IMG/VR virus record: IMGVR_UViG_3300017912_001811
Location: 1 to 26,559 of that record
From: a virus
Taxonomy: Duplodnaviria; Caudoviricetes
Reading direction: 5' to 3' (one strand)
Length of the DNA stretch: 26,559 nt
Shown: positions 15,261 through 24,227 of the stretch, one piece after another
How the letters are laid out: each line of letters starts with the position of its first letter
How positions within the stretch are numbered: position 1 is the stretch's first letter
Made by a program: the position numbers and the translations under genes
The notes under the pieces: model-generated
Told to the model about the DNA's origin: nothing
Databases searched by the model: none
The model's input: the letters and a program-made list of their open reading frames with translations, nothing else

Positions 15261-16706
15261 GTGTATTCAGGCTTTTCAGGGCGCCAACGTGTTGGCAACG
15301 TCACAACGGTAGAGAGCCCAAACACGGCTTACGTCAACATGGAGCCGCACTGGCTCTTGATTGAAGCCTTGCTGCAAGGTACATACGGCATCAGGAAAGG
15401 GCACCGGAAATATCTCCCACAAGAGCCAAGAGAACTAGATGAGGCTTATGACAACAGGCTGATGCGATCAACGCTTGCGCCTTATTACGTCAGGCTTGAG
15501 CGGATGCTGGCCGGCATGCTGACCCGCAAGCCTGTGCGGCTTGAGGATGTCAGCGATGTTGTCACTGAGCAACTGTTTGACGTCGACCTGCAGGGCAATG
15601 ATTTAAACGTCTGGACCTATGAAACAGCACGTAAGTGCGTTCGCTACGGCCATGTTGGCGTTTTGGTTGATGCGCCAAAGGCAGGTGACAACGGGCGGCC
15701 ATATTGGACGCAATACACGCCAAGGGACATTCTCGGGTGGCGGTCTGAAATCAAAGATGGCAGGCAACTTTTGACTCAGCTGCGTTTGATGGAACAAATC
15801 ACCGTGCCTGATGGTCTTTACGGCGAGAAACAAGTTCAACAGGTGCGAGTGTTGACGCCTGGTGCCTTTGAAATCCACCAAAAAGATAAAAAAGGTGACT
15901 TTGTCCTTATTGATGAAGGCAGCACTAGTTTGAACGAAATACCTTTTGCTGTTGCGTATTCAAACCGCGTTGGTGTGCTTGAGTCACGGCCACCGCTGGC
16001 AGACATTGCTGAGCTGAACCTGAAAGCATTTCAAGTCCAGTCGGACCTTGACAACCAGCTGCACATCTCAGCTGTGCCGATGCTGGCTATCTATGGTTTT
16101 CCACAATCTGCAGAAGAGATTAGTGCGGGACCAGGAGAGGCAATGGCTTTGCCTGAATCTGCACGGGCTGAATATATTGAGCCTGGTGGGAACAGCTATG
16201 ACGCGCAGTTCCGCAGGCTTGATCAAATTGCCAGTCAAATCAATGAGTTGGGCTTAGCCGCTGTGCTAGGTCAAAAGCTAAGCGCAGAAACTGCAGAGGC
16301 AAAACGCATTGATCGCAGCCAAGGTGATAGCACCATGATGGTCATTGCTCAGCAAATGCAGGATTTGATTGACAACTGTTTGGGGTTTCATGCCCAGTAT
16401 ATGCAACAAAATCAAGCCGGCAGCAGTTTTATCAACCGTGATTTCCTTGCAACACGCCTTGAACCGCAGGAAATCCAAGCCCTTTTGCAGCTTTACACCG
16501 CAGGCACCATCACTCAAGAAACTTTGTTGAATCAGCTTTCTGCTGGTGAAGTCTTGGGTGATGAGTTTGATGTTGAAGAAGAAGTTCAGGCTACACAAAA
16601 TGGCGACATGGTTGCGATTCAGCGATCTGAACAGGCGCCACCTGTGGCAGAAGAGGTCACAATGCCAGAAACAGCGGCGGAGGTTGAAAGTGAGTTGGCT
16701 AGATAA
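15261..16706 (+). CDS. portal protein (DUF4055-type)
   Basis: 481 aa after terL with YLPQEPRE, YGHVGVLVDAP and PPLADIAELN motifs. Confidence 0.9.
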   Translation: MYSGFSGRQRVGNVTTVESPNTAYVNMEPHWLLIEALLQGTYGIRKGHRKYLPQEPRELDEAYDNRLMRSTLAPYYVRLERMLAGMLTRKPVRLEDVSDVVTEQLFDVDLQGNDLNVWTYETARKCVRYGHVGVLVDAPKAGDNGRPYWTQYTPRDILGWRSEIKDGRQLLTQLRLMEQITVPDGLYGEKQVQQVRVLTPGAFEIHQKDKKGDFVLIDEGSTSLNEIPFAVAYSNRVGVLESRPPLADIAELNLKAFQVQSDLDNQLHISAVPMLAIYGFPQSAEEISAGPGEAMALPESARAEYIEPGGNSYDAQFRRLDQIASQINELGLAAVLGQKLSAETAEAKRIDRSQGDSTMMVIAQQMQDLIDNCLGFHAQYMQQNQAGSSFINRDFLATRLEPQEIQALLQLYTAGTITQETLLNQLSAGEVLGDEFDVEEEVQATQNGDMVAIQRSEQAPPVAEEVTMPETAAEVESELAR

Positions 16707-16974
16707 TTTGCGCAACCGTAAACCTGAAGATCCGATGAAACGCCTGTTGTACTTTTCAAGGCAGGAGTTGACAGAGCAAACTTACGCAGTGATCAGGGTC
16801 ACTTGGTACTTGAAAGGCAAAATTTGTGGCGTGTCAGAAACGACGATCGGTTTGGATGAAAAAGATGTCATAGCTGAGTTTTCTGAATATGTAAGAAATT
16901 CGTTGCGTGCTGGTTGCGACGTTTCTGTTGCTTGTATTGATGACCCCGAATGTCTTGGCATTCATGAGCCATGA
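16690..16974 (+). CDS. hypothetical protein
   Basis: Likely GTG start at 16690 overlapping the portal end; ATGA coupling to the next gene. Confidence 0.6.
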   Translation: MSWLDNLRNRKPEDPMKRLLYFSRQELTEQTYAVIRVTWYLKGKICGVSETTIGLDEKDVIAEFSEYVRNSLRAGCDVSVACIDDPECLGIHEP

Positions 16975-18116
16975 GTACGCCTGCAGAGCTTTACAAGAAC
17001 GCGATTGACCTCAATCGCTTTAGCAATAGCGTTGCCAAGCGTGTTGCTCGGACCTACAACGACTTGATTGAAGACACTTTGGATCAGCTTGCCGCTGTTG
17101 GCTCTAGGCCAACTCCAACACAGACTGCAAGGTTGAACTCAATATTGATACAGCTGAAAAGCTCTTTGGATGGTTGGGCAAACATTGCGACAGAATTAAC
17201 TGCTAGTGAGCTGCAAGGGCTTGCTGAGTTGCAGGTAAATTTTATTGAAGGGATTTTGGAAGACATTGTCCCTGAAGAGCTGTCATATCAAGTAAAAAGT
17301 GTGCAGATAAGCCCTGAATTTGCCAAAGCAGTTGCAACGATTGATCCAACTGCATACAATGTTGTTTCTTTAAGTGATGACTTGGGTTTTGCCGTGACTG
17401 GCACTCCAAAGCCGTTCACACTCGACGTTGGCAATGGCTCAATAATAACTTTGCCAAATGGCGCAAATTTGTCTGCGGCTTACAAAAGGCTTGCTGGGAG
17501 GCAAGCTGAGATATACAGCCGTGAGGTTAGGAATGGATTGATCACTGGAGAGCCAGCAGAAACAATCGCCAGGCGATTAAGAAAGCAGTTGACTGCTGTG
17601 CCCAATAATCAGATTCGAGCCATGGTCCGCACAAGCGTGAATCAAATCCAAAACGCAGCGAGCCAAGCCGTCTACACACAAAACCCTGATGTAGTAAGTG
17701 GCTATCGGTACATGGCTGTGCTAGACACAAAAACTTCGGCAATCTGTCGTGCGTTAGATGGAAGAGTTTTTGAATTTGGGGAAGGCCCTCTGCCGCCCCA
17801 ACACTTCAACTGTCGTTCAACGCATGAAGCATTTATTGATTATGAAAAACTAGGGTTCAAAGAACCGCCGGGTGGCGAGAGAAGGGCAGGGAAAAAATTT
17901 GTCCCAGCAGGAACGGATTATGGCAAATGGTTGTATGCACAAGACGCATCTACCAAAAATGATGTACTAGGCGCCGCTAAAGTTCCATATTTCAACTACT
18001 TAGCAAGGAAACATGGTGCAAGTAACGCTATCGCAAGATTTGTGAGTGATGACGGAACAGAGCTAACATTGGAAGAGTTACGCCAAAACTATCCCCGTGT
18101 CAAAACTCCCAAGTAA
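16971..18116 (+). CDS. minor head protein (SPP1 gp7 / Mu gpF family)
   Basis: VRTSVN, AVLDTKTSAICRALDG and PPQHFNCRST motifs. Confidence 0.9.
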   Translation: MSTPAELYKNAIDLNRFSNSVAKRVARTYNDLIEDTLDQLAAVGSRPTPTQTARLNSILIQLKSSLDGWANIATELTASELQGLAELQVNFIEGILEDIVPEELSYQVKSVQISPEFAKAVATIDPTAYNVVSLSDDLGFAVTGTPKPFTLDVGNGSIITLPNGANLSAAYKRLAGRQAEIYSREVRNGLITGEPAETIARRLRKQLTAVPNNQIRAMVRTSVNQIQNAASQAVYTQNPDVVSGYRYMAVLDTKTSAICRALDGRVFEFGEGPLPPQHFNCRSTHEAFIDYEKLGFKEPPGGERRAGKKFVPAGTDYGKWLYAQDASTKNDVLGAAKVPYFNYLARKHGASNAIARFVSDDGTELTLEELRQNYPRVKTPK

Positions 18117-18216
18117 GTACCAGTTCACGGTCCAAGGGGCCGAAGACAAGCCAAAAGCGACAACCAAGAAGAAATCTGCTAAAAAGGAAACACCTGCGAA
18201 ACCGACTGATGCCTAG
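18097..18216 (+). CDS. small Lys-rich protein
   Basis: Hand translation from GTG: MSKLPSKYQFTVQGAEDKPKATTKKKSAKKETPAKPTDA (39 aa). Confidence 0.45.
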   Translation: MSKLPSKYQFTVQGAEDKPKATTKKKSAKKETPAKPTDA

Positions 18217-18295
18217 TGGACCCGGCACCTACGGCTCCAAAATGGGCCGTCCACCCAAAAAGAAAAAAAAGAAGAAGACTAGTAAGAAGAAGTGA
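18209..18295 (+). CDS. very small basic peptide with GRP (AT-hook-like) motif
   Basis: MPSGPGTYGSKMGRPPKKKKKKKTSKKK (28 aa); TGATG coupling to the next gene. Confidence 0.65.
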   Translation: MPSGPGTYGSKMGRPPKKKKKKKTSKKK

Positions 18296-18534
18296 TGGCA
18301 AGCAAGCGCCGCCCACCCAAGGACAAGAAGACTGGTCTGCCTAAGGCCTATTTGTCTGGTGCTAGGAACAGGGCGGCCAAAGCCAAAGAAATCAAACGCA
18401 CTGCCGCCTTGTACAAGGCTGGCAAAAACATCGACATCGCAGCTGTTTCCAAATCCAGGACTGAGCAAGGTGGCAAAACCAAAAGCAAAACCACTAAGCG
18501 ACGCCGTAAAAGCCGCTCTCAGAAAAAAGGCTGA
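18295..18534 (+). CDS. small basic protein
   Basis: 79 aa, very K/R-rich, with KTGLPKAYLSG. Confidence 0.7.
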   Translation: MASKRRPPKDKKTGLPKAYLSGARNRAAKAKEIKRTAALYKAGKNIDIAAVSKSRTEQGGKTKSKTTKRRRKSRSQKKG

Positions 18535-18727
18535 AGGCACCCGGTTTACTTACGGACAGCTTGCTGCCGTCTACCGCCGTGGGCAAGGTGCGTACCTGTC
18601 TAGCGGTTCCCGGAATGTGTCTATGGCAGCTTGGGCCATGGGCCGTGTCAATAGCTTTGTGTCTGGTAAAGGTGGCGCACGTAAAGCCGATGCTGACCTA
18701 TTGGCTAAAGGCAAGAAGAAAAAATGA
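18470..18727 (+). CDS. small basic protein (DUF5824-like)
   Basis: VYRRGQGAY...AWAMGRVNSFV motif; likely GTG start at 18470. Family name is from recall. Confidence 0.7.
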   Translation: MAKPKAKPLSDAVKAALRKKAEGTRFTYGQLAAVYRRGQGAYLSSGSRNVSMAAWAMGRVNSFVSGKGGARKADADLLAKGKKKK

Positions 18728-19005
18728 CCATTAAGCGGGGCGGCCACACTTTTCAAGGTTTCGACAAGCCAATACGCACGCCAAACCACTCAAGTGGCAA
18801 GTCGCATGCTGTTGTTGTAAAGAAAGGCGGCAAGCCTAAGCTCATACGATTTGGCCAGCAAGGAGCCAGGACCAAGCCACCACGTAAAGGAGAAAGTGCT
18901 GCGGCAAAAGCGAAAAGAGCCTCTTTCAAGGCAAGGCACTCGAAAAATATTGCCAAGGGAAAGACATCTGCTGCATATTGGGCAAACAAAGTAAAGTGGA
19001 GCTGA
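18724..19005 (+). CDS. small basic conserved phage protein
   Basis: KSHAVV, KLIRFGQQG, FKARH and SAAYWANKVKW motifs. Confidence 0.8.
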   Translation: MTIKRGGHTFQGFDKPIRTPNHSSGKSHAVVVKKGGKPKLIRFGQQGARTKPPRKGESAAAKAKRASFKARHSKNIAKGKTSAAYWANKVKWS

Positions 19006-19026
19006 AAACAACCTTACGGGTTATTC

Positions 19027-19707
19027 ATGTCCGAAGAGCAAAATCAGGAGATTACGTCTCCCGCAGCTTCAGCCAGTTCTGAGCTTGATGCACTGAAAAG
19101 CAGCATCCAAGCGTTAGAAAAAAAGAACTACGAGCTGATTGGCAAGCTTAAGGAAGCAAAAACCATTCCTGACGGCGTTGACGTCCAGGAGTTGCTTGAG
19201 TTCAAGCGAAACGTTGAGCAGAACAAACTTGAGTCAGAAGGCAAGTACACAGAGGCACGTCAAGCTCTTGAACAGCAGTTCCGTGAAGCCTCAGAAGCCA
19301 AGGACAAGCGCATTGCTGAGCTTGAAGCACAAGTCCGCGAACTTGAGCTGATTGCACCTGCAAACACGGCATTGGCAGACGTAGTGCATGACCCAAGCAT
19401 CGTATTTAAAGCAGACCTGCTGAAGCCAGACCAAATTGAGCGTGAAGCTGATGGGACTGTTGTTGTCGTCAACGGTTACGAACGTAAACCGATTGGAGAA
19501 TGGGCCAAGTCTTTGCCTAGCTACATGCAAAAGGCACCTAAGCCGGTTGGCAGTGGTGCTCCATCAGGGCGCAGTGCAGGCGGTGAGATCCCGCCAGGCA
19601 CCAAAAACCCTTTTGCTAAAGAGTCTTACAACCTTACAGAGCAGTCACGGTTGTACCGCACAGATCGGGATATGTATGAAAGGTTGAAAGCTGCTGCAAA
19701 CCGTTAA
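19027..19707 (+). CDS. capsid scaffolding protein
   Basis: Coiled-coil, acidic N-terminus, GSGA linker and C-terminal KNPF...NLTEQ; lies just before the capsid gene. Confidence 0.8.
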   Translation: MSEEQNQEITSPAASASSELDALKSSIQALEKKNYELIGKLKEAKTIPDGVDVQELLEFKRNVEQNKLESEGKYTEARQALEQQFREASEAKDKRIAELEAQVRELELIAPANTALADVVHDPSIVFKADLLKPDQIEREADGTVVVVNGYERKPIGEWAKSLPSYMQKAPKPVGSGAPSGRSAGGEIPPGTKNPFAKESYNLTEQSRLYRTDRDMYERLKAAANR

Positions 19708-19785
19708 TATGTTGGACAAGGCAAAGCTACGCAGAGCCGTTCGGGTTACGCCCACACCGTAAACATCTTTTTTTGAGGATCTGTC

Positions 19786-20808
19786 ATGGCGACTCTTCGC
19801 TCTGACATCATCATCCCTGAGGTATTTACGCCTTACGTCATTGAGCAAACTACCCAGCGTGATGCCTTCTTGGCTAGCGGTGTGGTGCAGCCCATGGCGG
19901 AGCTGAATGCTTCAGAGGATGGTGGTGATTTTGTTCAAGTGCCTTTTTACAAGGCAAACCTGTCAGGCGATTTTGAGCGTCTGACGGATAGCTCTTCACT
20001 GACTCCCGGCAAGATCACTGCTGACAAGCAAGTTGCTGCTGTCTTGCATCGTGGCCGTGCTTTTGAGTCTCGTGATTTGGCTGCCCTGGCTGCAGGGTCT
20101 GACCCGATGGCTGCCATTGGCAACAAAATTGCTGACTACATCGCCAACCAGCGCCAAAAAGATCTTTTGTCCTGCCTAAAAGGCATCTTTGGTGATGTTG
20201 GTGACACCAGCAGCGCATCTTTTGCGGCTTTGGCTGTTGATGGTGCCTCTGGCGACACCCCTACTCAACTGACTGCCCGTCAGATTGTTGAAGGCCAGTC
20301 TTTGCTGGGTGACCAAGGCGACAAGCTGGCTGCCATTGTGGTCCATCCTAAGGTTTATTACGACCTTAAAGAGCGTCGTGCTCTGGACATGATCTATGAC
20401 GACGCAGGACAGCCTGACACTTCTGCAGCACAAGGTTCATTGGCTAACGCCTTTGGCCCTGTTGCTGTTCCCACCTTCATGGGAATGCGTGTGATTGTTT
20501 CTGCTGATGTGCAGACTGATGGCTCTGGTGCTAGCACCGAGTATGTCAGCTATATGTTCACGCAAGGTGCAGTTGGCTCCGGAGAGCAACTGGGGCTTCA
20601 AACTGAAACCGACCGTGACATCCTCGCTAAGAGTGATGCCATGTCGATTGATCTGCACTACGTATACCACCCGATTGGTTCATCGTTCTCCAGTTCTGTT
20701 TCCAACCCCACTCGGGCACAACTGGAAACGGTGGGCAACTGGACCAAGGTGTACGAGACCAATAACATTGGCATCGTGCGGATTACCACCACCAGCGCAC
20801 TGGATTGA
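19786..20808 (+). CDS. major capsid protein
   Basis: 340 aa with DIIIPEVFTPY, SGVV, GSDPMAAI and ETDRDIL motifs; GAGG RBS upstream. Confidence 0.92.
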   Translation: MATLRSDIIIPEVFTPYVIEQTTQRDAFLASGVVQPMAELNASEDGGDFVQVPFYKANLSGDFERLTDSSSLTPGKITADKQVAAVLHRGRAFESRDLAALAAGSDPMAAIGNKIADYIANQRQKDLLSCLKGIFGDVGDTSSASFAALAVDGASGDTPTQLTARQIVEGQSLLGDQGDKLAAIVVHPKVYYDLKERRALDMIYDDAGQPDTSAAQGSLANAFGPVAVPTFMGMRVIVSADVQTDGSGASTEYVSYMFTQGAVGSGEQLGLQTETDRDILAKSDAMSIDLHYVYHPIGSSFSSSVSNPTRAQLETVGNWTKVYETNNIGIVRITTTSALD

Positions 20809-20822
20809 GGAGGTAACTAACT

Positions 20823-21185
20823 ATGGCATCCATTTTTGAGGCAACAGCGGGCTCTTTGATTGGCCCGACCACTGGCGGCACTGTGACCCAGTCCACCAAT
20901 AAGGCAACTGCAGTGACTCTTAATGCAGAGTCTGGGCAGATCACAATGAACGGCGCTGAGCTTGCTGGCGCTGCTGAGGTGACTTTCCAAGTCAACAACG
21001 ACAAGATTGCTGCCACTGACGTGGTAGTGGTCAACCACAGCTCTGCCGGTACTGCTGGCAGCTATCTTGTTCAAGCCAACAGCATTGCTTCTGGTTCGTT
21101 CAAGATCACTGTGGCGAACGTTGGTTCGACTGTTAGCGAAGCCATTGTGCTTAGCTTTGTGGCTCTAAAGGGCGCTAGCTCCTGA
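20823..21185 (+). CDS. putative capsid decoration / virion protein
   Basis: 120 aa beta-rich A/T/G/S protein with a strong GAGGAGG RBS, directly after the capsid gene. Confidence 0.65.
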   Translation: MASIFEATAGSLIGPTTGGTVTQSTNKATAVTLNAESGQITMNGAELAGAAEVTFQVNNDKIAATDVVVVNHSSAGTAGSYLVQANSIASGSFKITVANVGSTVSEAIVLSFVALKGASS

Positions 21186-21352
21186 TGGGTCTTTTCGCTT
21201 TTAAGCGAATGCGGGACAATGAGGCTGCTGCCAAAGCGGTGGCCTCTACCCCCAAACGCAAGACTTCTAATGTGACGCCCGATGGCAGTAACAATCGACG
21301 CAACAGCGGGCGGGGCAAACGCCAACAGCTACATGACCCTAGCTCAAGCTGA
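21185..21352 (+). CDS. small hypothetical protein
   Basis: MGLFAFKRMRDNEAAAKAVASTPKRK... (55 aa); TGATG-coupled and fills the gap before the adaptor gene. Confidence 0.5.
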   Translation: MGLFAFKRMRDNEAAAKAVASTPKRKTSNVTPDGSNNRRNSGRGKRQQLHDPSSS

Positions 21353-21842
21353 CGCCTACGTTGAGGCAATGATCAGCAGCACAGATGTCAGCAAATGGAG
21401 CACTGGCACTGATGACACACGCAACAGGGCGTTAACAGCAGCTACGCAACGTCTTGATCGTGAAAGGTTTATTGGGGCACGGAGCACTGACACACAGGCT
21501 TTGCAATGGCCTCGCACTGGTGTCCGAAAACCTGATACTTACGTCAACACGTATGCGACTGGCTTTCCGTTCCGGATATCTGAAGATTATTTTACTGACG
21601 AGGAAATTCCTGACCAAATCAAGCGGGCACAGATTGAACTAGCCGTTTACCTGAAGAGCAACACAGACGGCATCAGCCTTAGCGGCCTTAATGATTTCAA
21701 AAACATTAAGATTGGCAACATCGACATTACGCCTGACAAGTCTGGTGCGATTGGTGCTGACCACGTTCCACCGATGTTTGAAAGGTACCTGACTGGGCTT
21801 AGAATCAGTGGACCAGGCAACATCGCTATCAAACGGAGCTGA
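21282..21842 (+). CDS. head-tail adaptor protein
   Basis: ANSYMTLAQADAY, QALQWPR and IPDQIKRAQIELA motifs; position after the capsid genes. Confidence 0.8.
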   Translation: MAVTIDATAGGANANSYMTLAQADAYVEAMISSTDVSKWSTGTDDTRNRALTAATQRLDRERFIGARSTDTQALQWPRTGVRKPDTYVNTYATGFPFRISEDYFTDEEIPDQIKRAQIELAVYLKSNTDGISLSGLNDFKNIKIGNIDITPDKSGAIGADHVPPMFERYLTGLRISGPGNIAIKRS

Positions 21843-21844
21843 CT

Positions 21845-22075
21845 ATGTACGGAGACCTCTCAGGTGGTTTTGAGTTCATCTCGGATGATCAAGAGCACAC
21901 TGGCCGATTCCAAAAGATCTACTTCAAGGAAGACAGCGTTATCAGTGCGATCACGGTGCAAAACGCTACTGGCAACAGCTTGGCCAGTGAGACGTTTGTG
22001 GCCGACACCTACATCTGTGGGGTCATTACCAGCATTACGCTGACCAGCGGCGCCTGCCTTGCTTATCGTGTGTGA
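21845..22075 (+). CDS. hypothetical virion-region protein
   Basis: 76 aa beta-rich protein with a GGAG RBS. Confidence 0.7.
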   Translation: MYGDLSGGFEFISDDQEHTGRFQKIYFKEDSVISAITVQNATGNSLASETFVADTYICGVITSITLTSGACLAYRV

Positions 22076-22434
22076 TGCCTCTTAATTACGGCCTGATTGC
22101 CAAAGCTGTTAGCAATGCCATAAAACAGGTTGGCGGTGATGTGACAGTGCGTTTTGTTACTGCTGGTGCATACGACACTTCAGACGGATCGATAACAGAA
22201 ACAGAAAGCGACACAACAGTTCCGGGCATCCTTGAAGATGTGAACTTGCGCGAGGCAAATGAGTTGGTACAAGCTGGTGACAAACGCTTGACGGTCGCAG
22301 CTGATGATCTTGCTAACGCGCCTGAGACTAAAGATCGTGTCGTCATCAACAATATTGTGCATCAGATCATTTCTGTAGAATCAAATGAACAGGACGGCAC
22401 TGCGATTTCCCATGTTTTGACTTTGAGGGCCTGA
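22075..22434 (+). CDS. head closure / head-tail joining protein
   Basis: GAYDTSDG and LVQAGDKRL motifs; size and position fit. Confidence 0.7.
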   Translation: MPLNYGLIAKAVSNAIKQVGGDVTVRFVTAGAYDTSDGSITETESDTTVPGILEDVNLREANELVQAGDKRLTVAADDLANAPETKDRVVINNIVHQIISVESNEQDGTAISHVLTLRA

Positions 22435-22436
22435 CG

Positions 22437-22784
22437 ATGCCACGCCAAATCAGGATCGATCAAATCCCTAGTCATATGGGAGACCAAATCCAAAAGCTTG
22501 TAAAGACAACTACTCTTGAGTGGGATAGGCGAGTCAAACGCAAAACACCAAAGATTACAGGAGTTTTGCGCAACGGTTGGCAGCCTGATGTAAGCCAGCC
22601 TTATGTTGGTACTGTCGATAACAGGGTTGTTTATGCAGAGGCGGTGTGTTTTGGGACAAACCTGCCACCATCTTGGAATAACCAACCAAAATCAAGCCCG
22701 CCCCCAGGGTTCCCAGAGCTTATCGGCAAAGAGCTTGAGTCTTGGGCACAATCCGAATATCGTCGGATTGTTGCTGAAGGCTAA
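22437..22784 (+). CDS. neck protein (HK97 gp10-like)
   Basis: TPKITGVLRNGW and NRVVYAEAVCFG motifs. Confidence 0.75.
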   Translation: MPRQIRIDQIPSHMGDQIQKLVKTTTLEWDRRVKRKTPKITGVLRNGWQPDVSQPYVGTVDNRVVYAEAVCFGTNLPPSWNNQPKSSPPPGFPELIGKELESWAQSEYRRIVAEG

Positions 22785-23209
22785 TGGCTGCTGCTGACCT
22801 AAATACAATCAGGGCAACGATTGAAGGCCGGCTAGCAACTGAGCTTGCCAGCAGCCCTGTCATTCCTGTCGTGTTTCACAACATGGCGTACGAGCCAACG
22901 CCAAACAGCTCTTGGGTGCAATGTTTGGTCAGCTTTGGCGCTAGCGAATACTTAGGACAAGGGCTGACAACAAATTCACAAAATCGGATTGTAGGGTTGT
23001 TATTAATCAACACCTTCACAGCAAAAGGTGTCGGGCCTGGGGCGAACTACACTATCGCCAAGCGCATAAGGGACCTATACAATAGGGTCATCGTGTCGGG
23101 GGTCTACTTCGACGCTCCAATAGGCCCAGAGGTTCTAGCTTCTGCTTCTCCCGAGGGCTACCTGCAAACTCAGGTCCGTGTGACCTTTGAATTTATCGAG
23201 GAACTCTGA
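22784..23209 (+). CDS. tail terminator protein
   Basis: 141 aa between the neck and tail tube genes; INTFTAKGVG motif and terminal QVRVTFEF strand. Confidence 0.7.
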   Translation: MAAADLNTIRATIEGRLATELASSPVIPVVFHNMAYEPTPNSSWVQCLVSFGASEYLGQGLTTNSQNRIVGLLLINTFTAKGVGPGANYTIAKRIRDLYNRVIVSGVYFDAPIGPEVLASASPEGYLQTQVRVTFEFIEEL

Positions 23210-23211
23210 CC

Positions 23212-23634
23212 ATGGCCACTCTACGCGGAGAGCAAGGACAAGTACAGTTTGAGACTGGCAGCGGCAGCCTTGCCCAAGTTGTCGGTACTCGTAGCTGGAG
23301 TCTTACGATTGAAAAAGACACTTACGACACCACTGTTCATGGCAACACTTTCCGCCAGTTCATTGGTGGCTTGATTAGTGGCTCTGGCACTGTTGAGCTT
23401 GTTTACGATCCTGATGCGACTGGCCAAGCCGGGTTCTTAGAAGACGTTGTGAAAACCAACGATGCAACTGATGCCTCATTCGAGCTTTTCACAACTGGAA
23501 ACTCAACTGGCACCGATTCAGTTGCTTTCGGTGGAATCATTACCAGCATGGAGATCACTTCGACAGTTGGCGAGCTGGTCATTGTCACTTGCAACTTCAT
23601 TACCAGCAGCACCATTACTTCCAATCTTGAGTGA
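23212..23634 (+). CDS. major tail tube protein
   Basis: RSWSLTIEKDTYDTT and GLISGSGTVEL motifs; 140 aa. Confidence 0.85.
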   Translation: MATLRGEQGQVQFETGSGSLAQVVGTRSWSLTIEKDTYDTTVHGNTFRQFIGGLISGSGTVELVYDPDATGQAGFLEDVVKTNDATDASFELFTTGNSTGTDSVAFGGIITSMEITSTVGELVIVTCNFITSSTITSNLE

Positions 23635-23671
23635 TAAGGCTATAGTTTGAATGTTTCGTTCAAGCTATTGA

Positions 23672-24028
23672 ATGTCTGCCAACAATCGCACTGTGGACCT
23701 GCTGGTTGAGGCTTTTGACCTTAACCAGCGTCGCAAGTTCGACTTGAAGAATGCAACTGGCGATGTGCTCGTCAGCCTGTACTTCAAGCCAATCACCAGG
23801 GCTGATCGCAAAAAGGCCCAAAGCTTGTCTAGCTCACAAGAGGCGTTGGATGTCAGCACACAAATGCTTTGTCAAATGGCCGAGCTTGAAGACGGTACGA
23901 AAGCTTTTGCCACGTCTGATGCGACTAAACTTCAACGTCAGTTGCCTGAGACAGTGCTAAATGAGCTTGAATTGTTCTTGTTTGGGGTGGGTGAAGAGAC
24001 TGACCTTGACGAAGCAAAAAACGACTGA
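23672..24028 (+). CDS. tail assembly chaperone (G-like)
   Basis: Lies between tail tube and tape measure genes; ends EAKND over a slippery site. Confidence 0.8.
   Translation: MSANNRTVDLLVEAFDLNQRRKFDLKNATGDVLVSLYFKPITRADRKKAQSLSSSQEALDVSTQMLCQMAELEDGTKAFATSDATKLQRQLPETVLNELELFLFGVGEETDLDEAKND
24016..24022 (+). other. -1 programmed ribosomal frameshift slippery site A AAA AAC
   Basis: In-frame X XXY YYZ heptamer one codon before the chaperone stop. Confidence 0.8.
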
Positions 24029-24204
24029 AGCAGGACAGCTGGCTCTACTTTGAGTTTTTTCTGGCCTGCGAACTGGGGATGACGGTCAGCAAGCTTCGTA
24101 ACGAATTGACTGATGCGGAGCTTGTTCACTTTGCTGCGTACTATCAGTTGAAACAAGAGCAAGAGGAAAAGGCAAGGGATCGCGCAAAAATGCGTCGGCG
24201 GTAG
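24022..24204 (+). CDS. frameshift extension of tail assembly chaperone (T-like)
   Basis: The -1 frame reads RLKQDSWLYFEFFLACELGMTVSKLRNELTDAELVHFAAYYQLKQEQEEKARDRAKMRRR-stop. Confidence 0.75.
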   Translation, partial: RLKQDSWLYFEFFLACELGMTVSKLRNELTDAELVHFAAYYQLKQEQEEKARDRAKMRRR

Positions 24205-24227
24205 TATGGAGGCATTGCTAGGCGGCT

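Noticed and set aside
17100-18100. Apparently AT-richer interior of the minor head gene (also mid tape measure) suggesting mosaic exchange
   Set aside because: Impression by eye only. It needs a sliding-window GC/codon calculation, and no boundaries or mobile-element signatures were seen.
18256-18292. A-rich tract as a terminator or slippage repeat
   Set aside because: Explained by the poly-Lys codons of the 28-aa basic peptide.
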